Made by a program: the position numbers and the translations under genes. Below are positions 44,523 to 54,535 of a stretch of DNA of 64,000 nucleotides, in pieces (positions within the stretch are counted from its first letter, which is position 1; each line of letters begins with the position of its first letter). Origin of the DNA: an uncultured Planctomycetota bacterium (lineage in GTDB: Bacteria; Planctomycetota; Planctomycetia; Pirellulales; PNKZ01); NCBI GenBank assembly GCA_963708675.1, contig CAVPTO010000003.1:480288-544287 (forward strand), read 5' to 3'. The notes beneath the pieces are model-generated. The model was given only the letters and a program-made list of their open reading frames with translations, had not been told where the DNA came from and made no database searches.

Positions 44523-45902
44523 TTGCTTCACCGCGTGCGAGATGCGATCGCGATAGAGCATCACCTCGTCACGCAGCGCCGTGCCGTCGATCGTCTTCAC
44601 ATGCCGATCGCGCATCACCACGCGGCCATCGACAATCACCGTGCGTACGTCGGCGGCCTTCGTTGCATAAACCAGATGCGAAAAGACGTTGTAGATAGGC
44701 GATAGATGCGGCTGGTCGATCGACACGAGCACGATGTCCGCCAACTTGCCCGGTTCCAACGAACCGATGCGGTCGGCCATGTGAATCGCCTTCGCGCCGC
44801 CGAGCGTCGCCATCGTCAACGCTTCGCGAGCGCTGAGCACCGTTGGATCGCCGGCATACAGCTTGTGCAGCTTGGCGGCGGTGTCGATCTCTTCCCACAT
44901 GCACAGGTCGTTGTTCGACGCCGCGCCGTCGGTGCCCAAGCCCACGGCGATGCCGACTCGCAACATCTCGGGTACCGCCGCGACACCGTCGGCCAGCTTC
45001 ATATTCGACTGCGGGCAGTGCGCCACTCCGACGCCGTGCCGCAAAAGAACCTTGCGATCCTCGTCGTCGGTCCAAACGGCGTGGGCCGCCAACACGCGGT
45101 TGCTCAGCACACCGAGCCGATCGAGATACGCGACGGGGCTGCAACCTTGCTCGCGCTTGATACGATCCATCTCGACCTTGTCCTCGGCCAAGTGAATCAC
45201 GAGCGGGATGTCGGCTTCCTCGGCCAGCGCCGCGGCTTCGCGCAGATGTTTGTCCGAGACGGTGTACGGCGCATGCGGAGCGATGGCGGGCGTGATGAGC
45301 GCGTGCCCTTTCCATCGCGAGGCAAAGCTGCGCGTGTACGCGAGCCCGGCTTCCCACGACTTGTTGTCCGGCGCGGGAAAGTCGAGCACCGTCTCGCCGA
45401 GCACCGCCCGCATGCCGGCCTTCGCGGTCTCGTCGGCAATCGCGTCTTCGAAGTAATACATATCGACATACGTCGTCGTGCCACCGAGCAGCATCTCCAT
45501 GCAGCCCAGCCGGGTGCCGCATCGGACGAACCGCTCGTCGACCACCTTCGCCTCGGCCGGCAGGATGAACTTCTGCAGCCAGTCCATCAGCGGCAGGTCG
45601 TCGGCGATGCCGCGGAAGAGCGTCATCGGCACGTGGCCGTGCGTGTTGATGAGGCCTGGCATGACGACCTGCCCGCGGGCGTCGATCTCTTCGTCGCCAA
45701 CAAAACGCGGGCGAAGTTCGTAGGAAGGACCGACCGCCACGATGCGATTGCCGCGAACCGCCACGATGCCGTGCACGATCGGCTCGGCGCCTGGGGCCAT
45801 CGTGACGACCGTGCCGCCGTGAATCAGCAGATCGACACGCTCAACCGCCAATGCTGGCGTCACCAAGGCGACCGCAATCGTCAAACTCAATATCATTCGC
45901 AT
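44520..45902 (-). CDS. Amidohydrolase-superfamily deaminase/chlorohydrolase-like enzyme (MtaD/SsnA-like) with signal-peptide-like N-terminus
   Basis: The ATG at 45902 gives MRMILSLTIAVALVTPALAVE. Motifs PGLINTHGHVPMTLFRG (HxH), IHLAED, HCPQSNMKL, GLGTDGAASNN. The ORF-track extension to 46217 overlaps ispG and is rejected. Confidence 0.8.
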   Translation of the reverse strand: MRMILSLTIAVALVTPALAVERVDLLIHGGTVVTMAPGAEPIVHGIVAVRGNRIVAVGPSYELRPRFVGDEEIDARGQVVMPGLINTHGHVPMTLFRGIADDLPLMDWLQKFILPAEAKVVDERFVRCGTRLGCMEMLLGGTTTYVDMYYFEDAIADETAKAGMRAVLGETVLDFPAPDNKSWEAGLAYTRSFASRWKGHALITPAIAPHAPYTVSDKHLREAAALAEEADIPLVIHLAEDKVEMDRIKREQGCSPVAYLDRLGVLSNRVLAAHAVWTDDEDRKVLLRHGVGVAHCPQSNMKLADGVAAVPEMLRVGIAVGLGTDGAASNNDLCMWEEIDTAAKLHKLYAGDPTVLSAREALTMATLGGAKAIHMADRIGSLEPGKLADIVLVSIDQPHLSPIYNVFSHLVYATKAADVRTVIVDGRVVMRDRHVKTIDGTALRDEVMLYRDRISHAVKQ

Positions 45903-45909
45903 CAACAGC

Positions 45910-45926
45910 CCGCTTGCGGTTTCGCG
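45910..45926 (-). repeat. 17-mer motif, copy 5
   Basis: Exact reverse complement of the 17-mer, beginning 8 nt upstream of the amidohydrolase start codon in the divergent region shared with ispG. Confidence 0.7.
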
Positions 45927-45999
45927 CGTTCCACCTTGCCGATGAACTCTATCTCTTAGATGATACACACGGGAAACTTGGCCATGGGGACGATCAGAC

Positions 46000-47142
46000 G
46001 TGGACTTGCGACGAAATCCAACTCGTGAAGTGCGAATCGGTTCGGTCACGATCGGCGACGGGCATGCCGTGGCCGTGCAGAGCATGACCGCCACCCGGAC
46101 GCAGGACATTGCGGCTACCGTGGGGCAGGTGGACGACCTGGTAGCCGCCGGGGCCGACCTCGTGCGGATTGCCGTCGACAACACGAAAGACGCCGAGGCG
46201 TTGGCCGAGATTCGCAAGCTGACGACGGCGAATCTGTCGGTCGACTTGCAGGAGAATTACCGGCTCGCGACGCTCGTGGCCCCGCACGTCGATGAAGTTC
46301 GCTACAACCCGGGCCATCTGTACCACCACGAGCGCACGAAGCCGTGGCAAGACAAGGTGCGGTTTTTGGCCGACGTGGCCGCGACGAACGACTGCGCAAT
46401 GCGCGTGGGCGTGAACTGCGGTTCGATCGACCCCGCGAAGCAGACTGAAGCATCGGAGGCGGATGACCTCGCGCCGATGTTGGCCAGCGCCCTCGAACAC
46501 TGCGAGCTACTCGATTCGATTGGCTTCACGCGTTACAACGTGTCGCTCAAGGATTCCGACCCGCAGAAGGTGATCGAGGCCAACCGCCGCTTTGCCGAGG
46601 CGAGGCCCGACGTGCCGCTGCATTTGGGCGTGACCGAGGCAGGCATGCCGCCGGAAGGCGTGATCAAGACGCGTATCGCCTTTGAGCAGTTGATTAGTCG
46701 CGGCATCGGCGACACGATCCGCGTGTCGCTCACGGTGCCGAACTCGCGCAAGGGCGAAGAGATTGCCGCGGGGCGACAGATCTTAGCCGACATCGCCGCC
46801 GGCCGCGTGCGAAGCGTCGTCGACTACGGCCTGTCGACGTTGAACATCATCAGTTGCCCGAGTTGTTCGCGAGTCGAGAACGAAGCGTTCATCGACCTGG
46901 CCCGCGACGTGCGTGACCTGACGCAGTACGCGAAGGACTACGCCATCACGATCGCCGTGATGGGCTGCCGCGTGAATGGTCCCGGCGAGACCGACGACGC
47001 AGACCTGGGACTGTGGTGCGGCCCGAACTTCGTGAACCTGAAGCGCGGGGAAGAAGAATTGGGCGCGTTCGCCTACGACGCCATTCTGCCGCGGCTCAAG
47101 AGCGAGCTCGACGCGATCATCTCGCGGAAGACGAAGGTCTAA
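46000..47142 (+). CDS. ispG: 4-hydroxy-3-methylbut-2-en-1-yl diphosphate synthase
   Basis: [27 protein letters not shown], and the Cys ligand context [22 protein letters not shown] start at 46000. Confidence 0.9.
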   Translation: MDLRRNPTREVRIGSVTIGDGHAVAVQSMTATRTQDIAATVGQVDDLVAAGADLVRIAVDNTKDAEALAEIRKLTTANLSVDLQENYRLATLVAPHVDEVRYNPGHLYHHERTKPWQDKVRFLADVAATNDCAMRVGVNCGSIDPAKQTEASEADDLAPMLASALEHCELLDSIGFTRYNVSLKDSDPQKVIEANRRFAEARPDVPLHLGVTEAGMPPEGVIKTRIAFEQLISRGIGDTIRVSLTVPNSRKGEEIAAGRQILADIAAGRVRSVVDYGLSTLNIISCPSCSRVENEAFIDLARDVRDLTQYAKDYAITIAVMGCRVNGPGETDDADLGLWCGPNFVNLKRGEEELGAFAYDAILPRLKSELDAIISRKTKV

Positions 47143-47280
47143 AAAGTCTCTCCACTCCGCGAAGAGGCAAGCTGCTTCAGCGCTTTTTTCGATGTAGCGC
47201 CACCGCTTGCGATTTCGCAGCGGCCTGCGCTTTGCAGTGAATCGTTAACACGATCAACGTTTCACTTGAGGAGCGCCCCC

Positions 47281-47643
47281 ATGGCTAAGAAGAAATCCGC
47301 GAACGGTCACCGCTGGGTGAAGAACGTCAAAACCGTTTCGACGTTTCCGCCCGAGCACACGTTCGATCAGCCTGCCGAAAAGATCGTCGAGACCATGGCC
47401 GATCCCAAGGTCAGTCCAAAGGGGCTCGGCTCGGCGATTCGCATGATCACGTATTTCCTGAATCGCGGCGGGAAAGGGCTGTCGGCGGCGCGAAAGCGAG
47501 AACTCGAAAAGGCGAAAAAGATTCTGCAAGAGCGGAATCAAAACGAGAAGAAAGGAAAAGCCGCGACCAGGAACAAGGCCGCGAAGAAAACGGCCAGTAA
47601 CAGCCCCAGCCGCAAAACGACCAAGAAGAAATCGCCTCGCTAA
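47281..47643 (+). CDS. DUF3175-like small basic protein
   Basis: GAGGAG Shine-Dalgarno before the ATG at 47281. Sequence MAKKKSANGHRWVKNVKTVSTFPPEHTF..SAIRMITYFLNRGGKGLSAARKRELEKAKKIL. The family call is from memory of the DUF3175 pattern. Confidence 0.6.
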   Translation: MAKKKSANGHRWVKNVKTVSTFPPEHTFDQPAEKIVETMADPKVSPKGLGSAIRMITYFLNRGGKGLSAARKRELEKAKKILQERNQNEKKGKAATRNKAAKKTASNSPSRKTTKKKSPR

Positions 47644-50600
47644 TCGATATAGCACGAATCACGCTTCGGCGACGACGCGAGCACGCTTTGCAACTGATCT
47701 AAGGCGACGGGCTTGGTCAGATGCACGTCGAAGCCGGCCTCGAGCGCGTTACGACGATCTTCCTCTTGCCCGTAGCCAGTCACTGCGACAAGAAACAAGC
47801 CGTTCAGTGCCTCGTCGGCACGAATCGCGCGAGCAACGTCGTAGCCGCTCATGCCGCCTGGCAAGCCGATATCGCAGAGCACCACGTCGGGCTTGAAACC
47901 ACGGATAACCCGCAACCCCGATTCGCCGTCCTCAGCCACGGCGACCTCGTGTCCGAAACGCTCCAACATGCGGCGCATCGTGTGATACGAATCGCGACGA
48001 TCGTCGATCACGACGACGCGCCCACGAGGTTTCTGCTCGTCGCCGTTGGATGATGTTTCCACGACAATGACCGGCTCCTGAAGCAATGGCAGCCGAATCA
48101 TGAACTCGGCCCCTTTGCCGACACCCGCACTCGCTGCCGCGACTTCGCCATCGTGCAACTCGACGAGTCCGCGCACAAGCGCCAGCCCGAGGCCCAAGCC
48201 TCCACGACTACGGTCGAGGCTGGCGTCGGCCTGGCTGAAAACCTCGAATGCCGAAGCGACCGTCTCGCTTGACATGCCAATGCCGCTGTCACGCACCGTG
48301 ATCTGTGCGAGATGCTGCTCGGGATCTTCCTGCAGAATGAGCGTGACCGTGCCGCCGCGTTCGGTGAACTTTGCCGCGTTGTTGAGCAAGTTGCCGACCA
48401 CCTGCGCAATGCGCGTTGCGTCGGCCTCGACCCACAGCGGCTTCGGCGCCGATTGCAGTTCGAAGATCAGGCCATGCTCTTCGAGCGACAGGCGTTGATC
48501 GCCGGCAACGCGCTGCAGCAACTGATTCAGCTCGAGCGGCTTCTTGCGAAGAATGATCTTGCCGCGCGAGATGCGGGCCACGTCGAGCAGATCGTCAACG
48601 AGGTGAGCCATGTGGGCGATCTGTCGGCCAATCACGTCGTGCATCTCGTCGACTTCGGGCTTGTACGGCCCGAGCATGCGAAGCACCTCGACGGCGTTAC
48701 GCACAGGGCCCATCGGATTGCGCAACTCGTGCGCAAGCATCGCGAGAAACTGGTCCTTGCGCCGGTCGGCCACGAGCAGCGCCTCCTCGGCACGCTTTTG
48801 ATCGTCGATATCGGTCGAAGTGCCGAACCAGCGGACGACGCGCCCGTTGGCATCGCGAATCGGCATCGCTCGCGCCAGGTGCCAACGGTACTTGCCGAAC
48901 TGGCGTCCGAGCAGGCGATACTCGCTCTGATACGGCAGCCCGGTGGCCATCGCTTCCTGCCACAGCTTTCGCGACGTGGCGAGATCGTCGGGATGCACGA
49001 TCGGTTCCCACGCGGCGTCGCCAGCCACGGTCTCGGGCATACCCGTGTACTCGTACCAACGGCGGTTGAAATAGTCGATCGAGCCATCAGGCCGCGCCGC
49101 CCAGGCGATCTGCGGCATCACATCGGTCAACTGACGGAACCTCGCCTCGCTTTGACGCAGCGCATCCTCGGCACGTTTGCGCTCCGTGATGTCGTTGACC
49201 ATCAACACGGCGCCCGTGAGCACGCCGTCGCGAACAACGGGAGCGTTCGAGCACAGCACCGTCACCGCGCGGCCGTCTCGGTGAAAGAACACGTCCTCAT
49301 GATTGTGCACCGGCTGGCCGTCAACCATCACGCGGCCGACCGGGCATTCGCGGGCCGGATACGGCGTGCCGTCGACATGCTTGTAGTGAACCACATCGTG
49401 CAGACGCTTGCCTTTCAGTTCGTCGAACGTCCAGCCGAACATCGCTTCGGCCGCGGGGTTCATGTACGTCAACGATCCGCGAGCATCGATGAGATACAAC
49501 GCCTCGGCCGCGCGGTTGGCGATCGTGTCGGTGAGTTGCAGGTGATACTGCAGTTCGGCGTCTTTGAGTTTGAGCGCTTCTTCGGCGAGTTTGCGTTTCG
49601 TCAAATCGTCGATGACGGCGGTCACTCGCAACGGCTCGTTGCGGTCATCACGCAGCAGCGACGCCGTGATGCCGACCCATCGCAGCGTGCCGTCTTTGCA
49701 AACGTAACGCTTTTCGTTGGTGTAATAGTCGATCTCGCCGCGAAGCATGCGATGGAACTCGTCGCGACTGGCGGTGAGGTCCTCGGGGTGCGGCAGGTCC
49801 CATAACGTCATGCCGCACAACTCGCCGGTGGTGTAGCCGGTGATGGTCGTCAGCATGGCGTTAGCGCGAATGATGCGCCCGGTCGTGGGGTCGGCTTCCA
49901 GCTTGCCCACGGGCGCGCGCTCGAACGATTCGCGATACTCGGCCTCGCTGAGCGCCAGCGCGCGTTCGGCCTCGCGGCGATCGCTGACATCGCGGAACAC
50001 GACGACCGCGCCGACGAGGTTGCCGGCTTCGGCCCGAATCGGCGCGGCGGTGTACTCGATCTGACGCAACGAACCGTCGGGGGCCGCGAGCGTCGCATGT
50101 TGATCGCGACGCGTATCGCCGCTGCGGAGCACCTTGTCGATCGGGTTGCCGGTGATATCGACGCCGATTGAGGCGAGTTTCAATACCTTCACCGCGGGAA
50201 GGCCCATCGCCTGCTGCGACGTCATGCCCGCCATCGATTCGGCGAGTGAATTCAGAAACGTGACGTGCCCAATTGCGTCGGTCGCCAGCACGCCGTCGCC
50301 GACGCTCAACAGTGTGGTGCGAAGCAATTCGCGCTGCAGCGCGGCCTCGGCGCCGAGCTTTTGCGCCCGACGACTCACCCGATGCAGCACCTCGACAAGC
50401 GCGACGGCAATCGAACCCGAGATAAAAAACGACGTTAGCCAGGTGTAATGCTCGGGGTTCTGGATCGCGAACGAGAATTGCGGCCCCAGCAGGCAATAAA
50501 CTGCCCCCAACGCGCCCAAAATGATCGAGAAGACGCCGGCCCGCCAACCTTCGAAAGCGGCTGCTAGCAGAACGACAATGAGCATCGTTGAGAACGGGGC

Positions 50601-50708
50601 GGCGCCGCCGATCCAGGACCACAGCGCCCATCGCAACAGGAGCGCCGTCGCAACGAACAACACAGCGACGCCGAAACTTTTGAGCGTCGTACGAGCGATG
50701 GAAATCAT
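47640..50708 (-). CDS. Hybrid sensor histidine kinase: DUF4118-like TM domain, at least 4 PAS/PAC modules, HisKA, HATPase_c, C-terminal receiver
   Basis: H-box FLAMLAHELRNPMGPV, N box NLLNNAAKFT, G boxes DSGIGM and GGLGLGLALV, and receiver VVVIDDRRD..DIGLPGGMSGYDV..TKP. ATG at 50708 or GTG at 50735. Confidence 0.9.
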   Translation of the reverse strand: MISIARTTLKSFGVAVLFVATALLLRWALWSWIGGAAPFSTMLIVVLLAAAFEGWRAGVFSIILGALGAVYCLLGPQFSFAIQNPEHYTWLTSFFISGSIAVALVEVLHRVSRRAQKLGAEAALQRELLRTTLLSVGDGVLATDAIGHVTFLNSLAESMAGMTSQQAMGLPAVKVLKLASIGVDITGNPIDKVLRSGDTRRDQHATLAAPDGSLRQIEYTAAPIRAEAGNLVGAVVVFRDVSDRREAERALALSEAEYRESFERAPVGKLEADPTTGRIIRANAMLTTITGYTTGELCGMTLWDLPHPEDLTASRDEFHRMLRGEIDYYTNEKRYVCKDGTLRWVGITASLLRDDRNEPLRVTAVIDDLTKRKLAEEALKLKDAELQYHLQLTDTIANRAAEALYLIDARGSLTYMNPAAEAMFGWTFDELKGKRLHDVVHYKHVDGTPYPARECPVGRVMVDGQPVHNHEDVFFHRDGRAVTVLCSNAPVVRDGVLTGAVLMVNDITERKRAEDALRQSEARFRQLTDVMPQIAWAARPDGSIDYFNRRWYEYTGMPETVAGDAAWEPIVHPDDLATSRKLWQEAMATGLPYQSEYRLLGRQFGKYRWHLARAMPIRDANGRVVRWFGTSTDIDDQKRAEEALLVADRRKDQFLAMLAHELRNPMGPVRNAVEVLRMLGPYKPEVDEMHDVIGRQIAHMAHLVDDLLDVARISRGKIILRKKPLELNQLLQRVAGDQRLSLEEHGLIFELQSAPKPLWVEADATRIAQVVGNLLNNAAKFTERGGTVTLILQEDPEQHLAQITVRDSGIGMSSETVASAFEVFSQADASLDRSRGGLGLGLALVRGLVELHDGEVAAASAGVGKGAEFMIRLPLLQEPVIVVETSSNGDEQKPRGRVVVIDDRRDSYHTMRRMLERFGHEVAVAEDGESGLRVIRGFKPDVVLCDIGLPGGMSGYDVARAIRADEALNGLFLVAVTGYGQEEDRRNALEAGFDVHLTKPVALDQLQSVLASSPKRDSCYID

Positions 50709-50858
50709 CTTCACCGCCGGCCTGTGGTAAAGCACCCCATGCTTCGAGGCTGCCCCTACACTTTACCACCTCGGCCGAATTACTTCATCCCTCGCGAACG
50801 GCGAAGTAATCCGAAGCGAAGTCATGCCACCGGCGAAGCCACGCTGACCGCCGCCGGT

Positions 50859-51245
50859 TCACAGCATGCGACGAATGGCTTCATTGAGCTGGGAAGGAGC
50901 ACTCGACTTGACGAAGTGCAGATCGAAGCCCGCTTCTCGGGCCCGACGACGATGATCGTCGCTATCGAAAGCCGTGACGGCGATCAACTTCGTGTTGCCG
51001 AACGTGCGATCGGCACGTACCCGCTCAGCCACGGCGTAACCATCGAGCCGAGGCATGGTGATATCGAGCAACATCAAGTCTGGGTGAAAGGCGCGGGCTT
51101 TCTCGAGGGCACTCTGACCGTCAAAGGCGGTGCTAACTTCAAAACCCCAACGAGAAAGCATGACGGTGAGAGCATTGGCAGCATCGCGATTGTCATCAGC
51201 GACCAGGATGCGAATGTTTCTTCCGTCCGATGTCGTCGTAGCCAT
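50859..51245 (-). CDS. Single-domain (CheY-like) response regulator
   Basis: AGGAGGG Shine-Dalgarno 7 nt before the ATG at 51245. Sequence IRILVADDNRDAANAL..LMLLDITMPRLDGY..AVTAF..HFVKS. Lies upstream of the hybrid kinase on the same strand. Confidence 0.85.
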   Translation of the reverse strand: MATTTSDGRNIRILVADDNRDAANALTVMLSRWGFEVSTAFDGQSALEKARAFHPDLMLLDITMPRLDGYAVAERVRADRTFGNTKLIAVTAFDSDDHRRRAREAGFDLHFVKSSAPSQLNEAIRRML

Positions 51246-51491
51246 CTCCGTACCCTCCTGTCCCATCTCGATTCACTCGGTGAAACAACTGTCTCGCTAG
51301 CCATGCACATAACGCGCCAAAGATCCGTCGCCGTCTACGCCGGCAGATTACTGCACGGCAAGTTTGCCAAATTTGCGGGTCACAGTTGGTCGATGCTCCT
51401 TGTGGAGCCACGCGCTCGCTTGTGCATGCCCAGGGACGGACACGCGTGCAAGCAGGTCATCGACATGCCGGCTACAGGGAGGTTATCTGCC

Positions 51492-51737
51492 ATGAACGTC
51501 AATTTGTTCACTTGGATTCGTGAAGGAGTTCGACAAGCCGTGTTGCATGGCGTCCACGACGCCGTGGGCCAGATCGGCACGAACTCCGATAGCGACGATA
51601 TGTCGAAGCGGCTGCTGGACCTGATTCGTCAGTCCGACAACGCCCTTGCCGTCGCGCCGGTAGCTGCGATGCCCTCGGGACGCGGCCGCAAGCTGGGCCG
51701 CTCGTTGGAGCAGATCGTCAGCAGCAAGAACGATTGA
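51492..51737 (+). CDS. Small hypothetical protein (81 aa)
   Basis: GGGAGG Shine-Dalgarno before the ATG at 51492. Sequence MNVNLFTWIREGVRQAVLHGVHDAVGQIG... The upstream part of ORF 50724..51737 is antisense to the response regulator and is rejected. Confidence 0.4.
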   Translation: MNVNLFTWIREGVRQAVLHGVHDAVGQIGTNSDSDDMSKRLLDLIRQSDNALAVAPVAAMPSGRGRKLGRSLEQIVSSKND

Positions 51738-51746
51738 GTGAGCGCG

Positions 51747-52610
51747 TTACGCCAGCGGCAACGACGACTCGACAGCGGTGCGCGCGTCGTGCAAGGCGAT
51801 GACCGCCTCCAATCCCGGCAAACATTGGGCTACGCCCATCGTTCCCAGCAGTTTGCAAGTCGCGAACTTGTCGCTCGCGGCGACATACGAAGCAAGCCAG
51901 CGTTTCATATCGTCGAGGCGTGCAGGATTATCCCAGGGGCTGCGCATCGGCGGCTGAGCGAGACCACAGCGCCAAGGTTTCGGCGTGAGCCGGGCGCGAA
52001 AGCATTGCTGGGCGCGGCACAATCGAACGTACTGAACGTCGGCGCCGAGAAAACGCATCGCTTCTTCGCTCTCGACGCCGCCGGGCTCGAAAGTGGCGTG
52101 CGTGACCAGATAGCGCAGCCCCGACCGGGTCCGATAAATGCGCACGCCCCAATCGTCGTGCGAGGCCAGCCACTCTTTGAGCCGCACGAGGGCCGCCGTC
52201 TCGGGCGGTTCCGGCTCCGCGGGCTTGCGACCGAAGAGGCTGCCAACCAAGCGTGCGACCGAAGACGTCGGCTTTGGTTCTTCCAAGTCAACGTCGATGA
52301 AGAACGTCCGTTCGCAATTCAGCACGAGTGCGCCGTAGGCATTGCGAGTAATCACCACAGCGTTGTCGGGAGACGCGGAGACTTCTTGCACAATCTCTTC
52401 GCGCATCGGGCGCGTGGCGTAAGCGTAGCGATCGGGAAAGTTGTCGCCGCGCAAGACGCACTGCGCGAGTCGCTGGACCTTCCGCTCGGCCTCGAGACGG
52501 GCCTCTTCGAGCGACGTCGTCGATCCACCCCATGCCGTCATCGGTACTTGATCGCCATGGGGCGTCGCGACCTTGACCTCGGCCTTGTGCCAGAAGCGCG
52601 GGATGAGCAT
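51747..52610 (-). CDS. Hypothetical protein tightly coupled to polX
   Basis: 287 aa ORF with no motif I recognise. Its ATG at 52610 follows the polX stop (52612-52614) with a 1 nt gap. Confidence 0.6.
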   Translation of the reverse strand: MLIPRFWHKAEVKVATPHGDQVPMTAWGGSTTSLEEARLEAERKVQRLAQCVLRGDNFPDRYAYATRPMREEIVQEVSASPDNAVVITRNAYGALVLNCERTFFIDVDLEEPKPTSSVARLVGSLFGRKPAEPEPPETAALVRLKEWLASHDDWGVRIYRTRSGLRYLVTHATFEPGGVESEEAMRFLGADVQYVRLCRAQQCFRARLTPKPWRCGLAQPPMRSPWDNPARLDDMKRWLASYVAASDKFATCKLLGTMGVAQCLPGLEAVIALHDARTAVESSLPLA

Positions 52611-52611
52611 G

Positions 52612-54363
52612 TCACTTGCCGATCATCTTCTTCAGCTTCGACCAGGGTCGCGTGTTGGCGACGTCGTCTTTCGTCAGCCCCGCGCGGCGCGCTTGCATGA
52701 TGCCGTAGCGAAGCTTGTCGAGCTCGCCGACGCTGTGCGCATCGGTCGAAATGACGATGGGAATGCCGTACGACTTCGCAGCGGCGCAAGCAACGTCGTC
52801 GAGATCCAGCCGTGCCGGATTCGCGTTCAGCTCCATCAGCTTTCCGTAGTCGCGGGCCTCGCGAAAGACAGCTTCGAGATCGACGTCGTACGACTTGCGA
52901 CGGTTAATGATGCGACCTGTCGGATGGGCAATGGCCGACACGTGCGGATTGCGGATCGCGTCGACGATGCGGCGCGTGATTTGATCGCGTGGTTGCTTTT
53001 GACCGTAGTGAACGCTCGCCACGACCCAGTCGGCGCCTTCGAGCACATCGTCCTCAATGTCGAGCCCGCCCTTTTCGAGGATGTCGCATTCGACGCCCTT
53101 CAGAACCGCGATGGCGGGATTACTCGCGTTGAGTTTGTCGATCGCTTTCCACTGCTCGCGCAGGCGATCGCCGTCGAGGCCATTGGCCATCGACACGCGC
53201 TTCGAGTGATCGGTGATGGCGATGTATTGCCGACCACGCGCCTTCGCGGCCTCGATCATTTCTTCGAGCGTCGCCTTGCCGTCGGTTGCATTGGTGTGCA
53301 TGTGCAAATCGCCGACGATGTCCGAGACCTCGATCAGCTTCGGCAACGTGCCGGCGTCAGCCCACTCGAACTCTCGACGCGCTTTGCGCAGCTCGGGCGG
53401 TATCCACGGCAAGTCGAGCGTGCCATAAACCTCTTCCTCGGTGCGGCCTGCGATGTATTCGTCGGCATGCTCACCGGCATGCTCGTCGGCATTCTTGCCG
53501 GTGCGATAGACGCCGTACTCGTTGATCTTCAACCCGCGAGCCTTGGCGCGGCCGCGAAGCACGACGTTGTGATCCTTCGAGCCCGTGAAGTATTGCAATG
53601 CCGCGCCGAAACTCTCGGCCGGCACGACGCGCAGATCGACTTGCAGTCCGATGCCGAGACGAATCGACATCTTCGTGTCGCCGCGTCCGAGGATGCCCGC
53701 GATCGCCGGGTACGCGCCCAGGCGGTCCATGATGGCTTTCGGATCGTTGGTGACGGCGAGCAGATCGAGATCGCCCACGGTTTCGCGGCCACGACGGTAG
53801 CTGCCCGCCGCTTCGAGTTGTTCGACGCCTTCGACGCCACGCAGATGCGCCATCACCGCGGTGACGTACTCATCGGCCTCGGCCCAATACATGCGATCGT
53901 TCGAAGTCTCTGCGAGCACCAAGCCCGCGAGGATCGTCTGCTCGGTTTTCTCGCCGAAGCCCTTGAGCTTTTGCACGCGATGCTCTTCGCAGGCTGCGCG
54001 CAGGTCGGCGAGCGTGGCGATGTTCAACTCGTTGACGAGGACGCGAGCCTTCTTCGGTCCAAGCCCCGGCACTCGCAACAGCGTCGGAGCACTGGCCGGC
54101 ACCTTGCTGAGGAGTTCCTGCCGCAGCGGAACGTCGCCAGTCTCGCACAGCGTTTTGATCTTGTCGGCGAGATCTTTGCCGATGCCTTCGATGTCGGTCA
54201 GCTTGCGGTTCGCATCGCAGGCGATCGTCGCGACTTGCTCGTGCAGATCGCGCAGCGTGCGTGCGCCGTTGCGATAGGCGCGCACGCGAAACGGATTGGC
54301 CTCGGTGAACTCGAGCAGATCGGCGATCTCGTCAAAGATCGCGGCAATATCGACGTTCGTCAC
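52612..54363 (-). CDS. polX: Family X DNA polymerase with C-terminal PHP phosphoesterase domain
   Basis: HhH motifs (LRVPGLGPKKARVL), the nucleotidyltransferase core GSYRRGRETVGDLDLL, and the PHP motif GDLHMHTNATDG..ITDHS. GTG start at 54363. Confidence 0.9.
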   Translation of the reverse strand: MTNVDIAAIFDEIADLLEFTEANPFRVRAYRNGARTLRDLHEQVATIACDANRKLTDIEGIGKDLADKIKTLCETGDVPLRQELLSKVPASAPTLLRVPGLGPKKARVLVNELNIATLADLRAACEEHRVQKLKGFGEKTEQTILAGLVLAETSNDRMYWAEADEYVTAVMAHLRGVEGVEQLEAAGSYRRGRETVGDLDLLAVTNDPKAIMDRLGAYPAIAGILGRGDTKMSIRLGIGLQVDLRVVPAESFGAALQYFTGSKDHNVVLRGRAKARGLKINEYGVYRTGKNADEHAGEHADEYIAGRTEEEVYGTLDLPWIPPELRKARREFEWADAGTLPKLIEVSDIVGDLHMHTNATDGKATLEEMIEAAKARGRQYIAITDHSKRVSMANGLDGDRLREQWKAIDKLNASNPAIAVLKGVECDILEKGGLDIEDDVLEGADWVVASVHYGQKQPRDQITRRIVDAIRNPHVSAIAHPTGRIINRRKSYDVDLEAVFREARDYGKLMELNANPARLDLDDVACAAAKSYGIPIVISTDAHSVGELDKLRYGIMQARRAGLTKDDVANTRPWSKLKKMIGK

Positions 54364-54369
54364 GCTATA

Positions 54370-54526
54370 CCCTTCTCCCTCCGGGAGAAGGTGCCGCGAA
54401 GAGGCGGATGAGGGCGGCCTGAATTTTCAGCAACCCTCAATCTAGCGCAACCCGCCCTCACCCGGCGGCCGACCACCGCTTTGCGGCGGTGCCCGCGCCA
54501 CCCTCTCCCAAAGGGAGAGGGGTTTT
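54370..54526 (-). repeat. Multi-hairpin intergenic element, copy E (inverted, with ~25 nt insertion)
   Basis: Lies between the ppiD-like stop (54536) and the polX start (54363). The terminal hairpin CCTTCTCCC-tccg-GGGAGAAGG contains the only Shine-Dalgarno-like purine run upstream of the polX GTG. Confidence 0.8.
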
Positions 54527-54535
54527 CGCAATATG

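Noticed and set aside
45903-46217. N-terminal extension of the amidohydrolase ORF (565 aa call)
   Set aside because: It runs antisense through the ispG 5' region and the intergenic repeat. The internal ATG at 45902 gives a sensible N-terminus.
50724-51491. Upstream 256 codons of ORF 50724..51737
   Set aside because: This part is antisense to the hybrid kinase 5' end and to the CheY-like regulator. Only the terminal 81 codons, preceded by a Shine-Dalgarno, were kept, and at low confidence.
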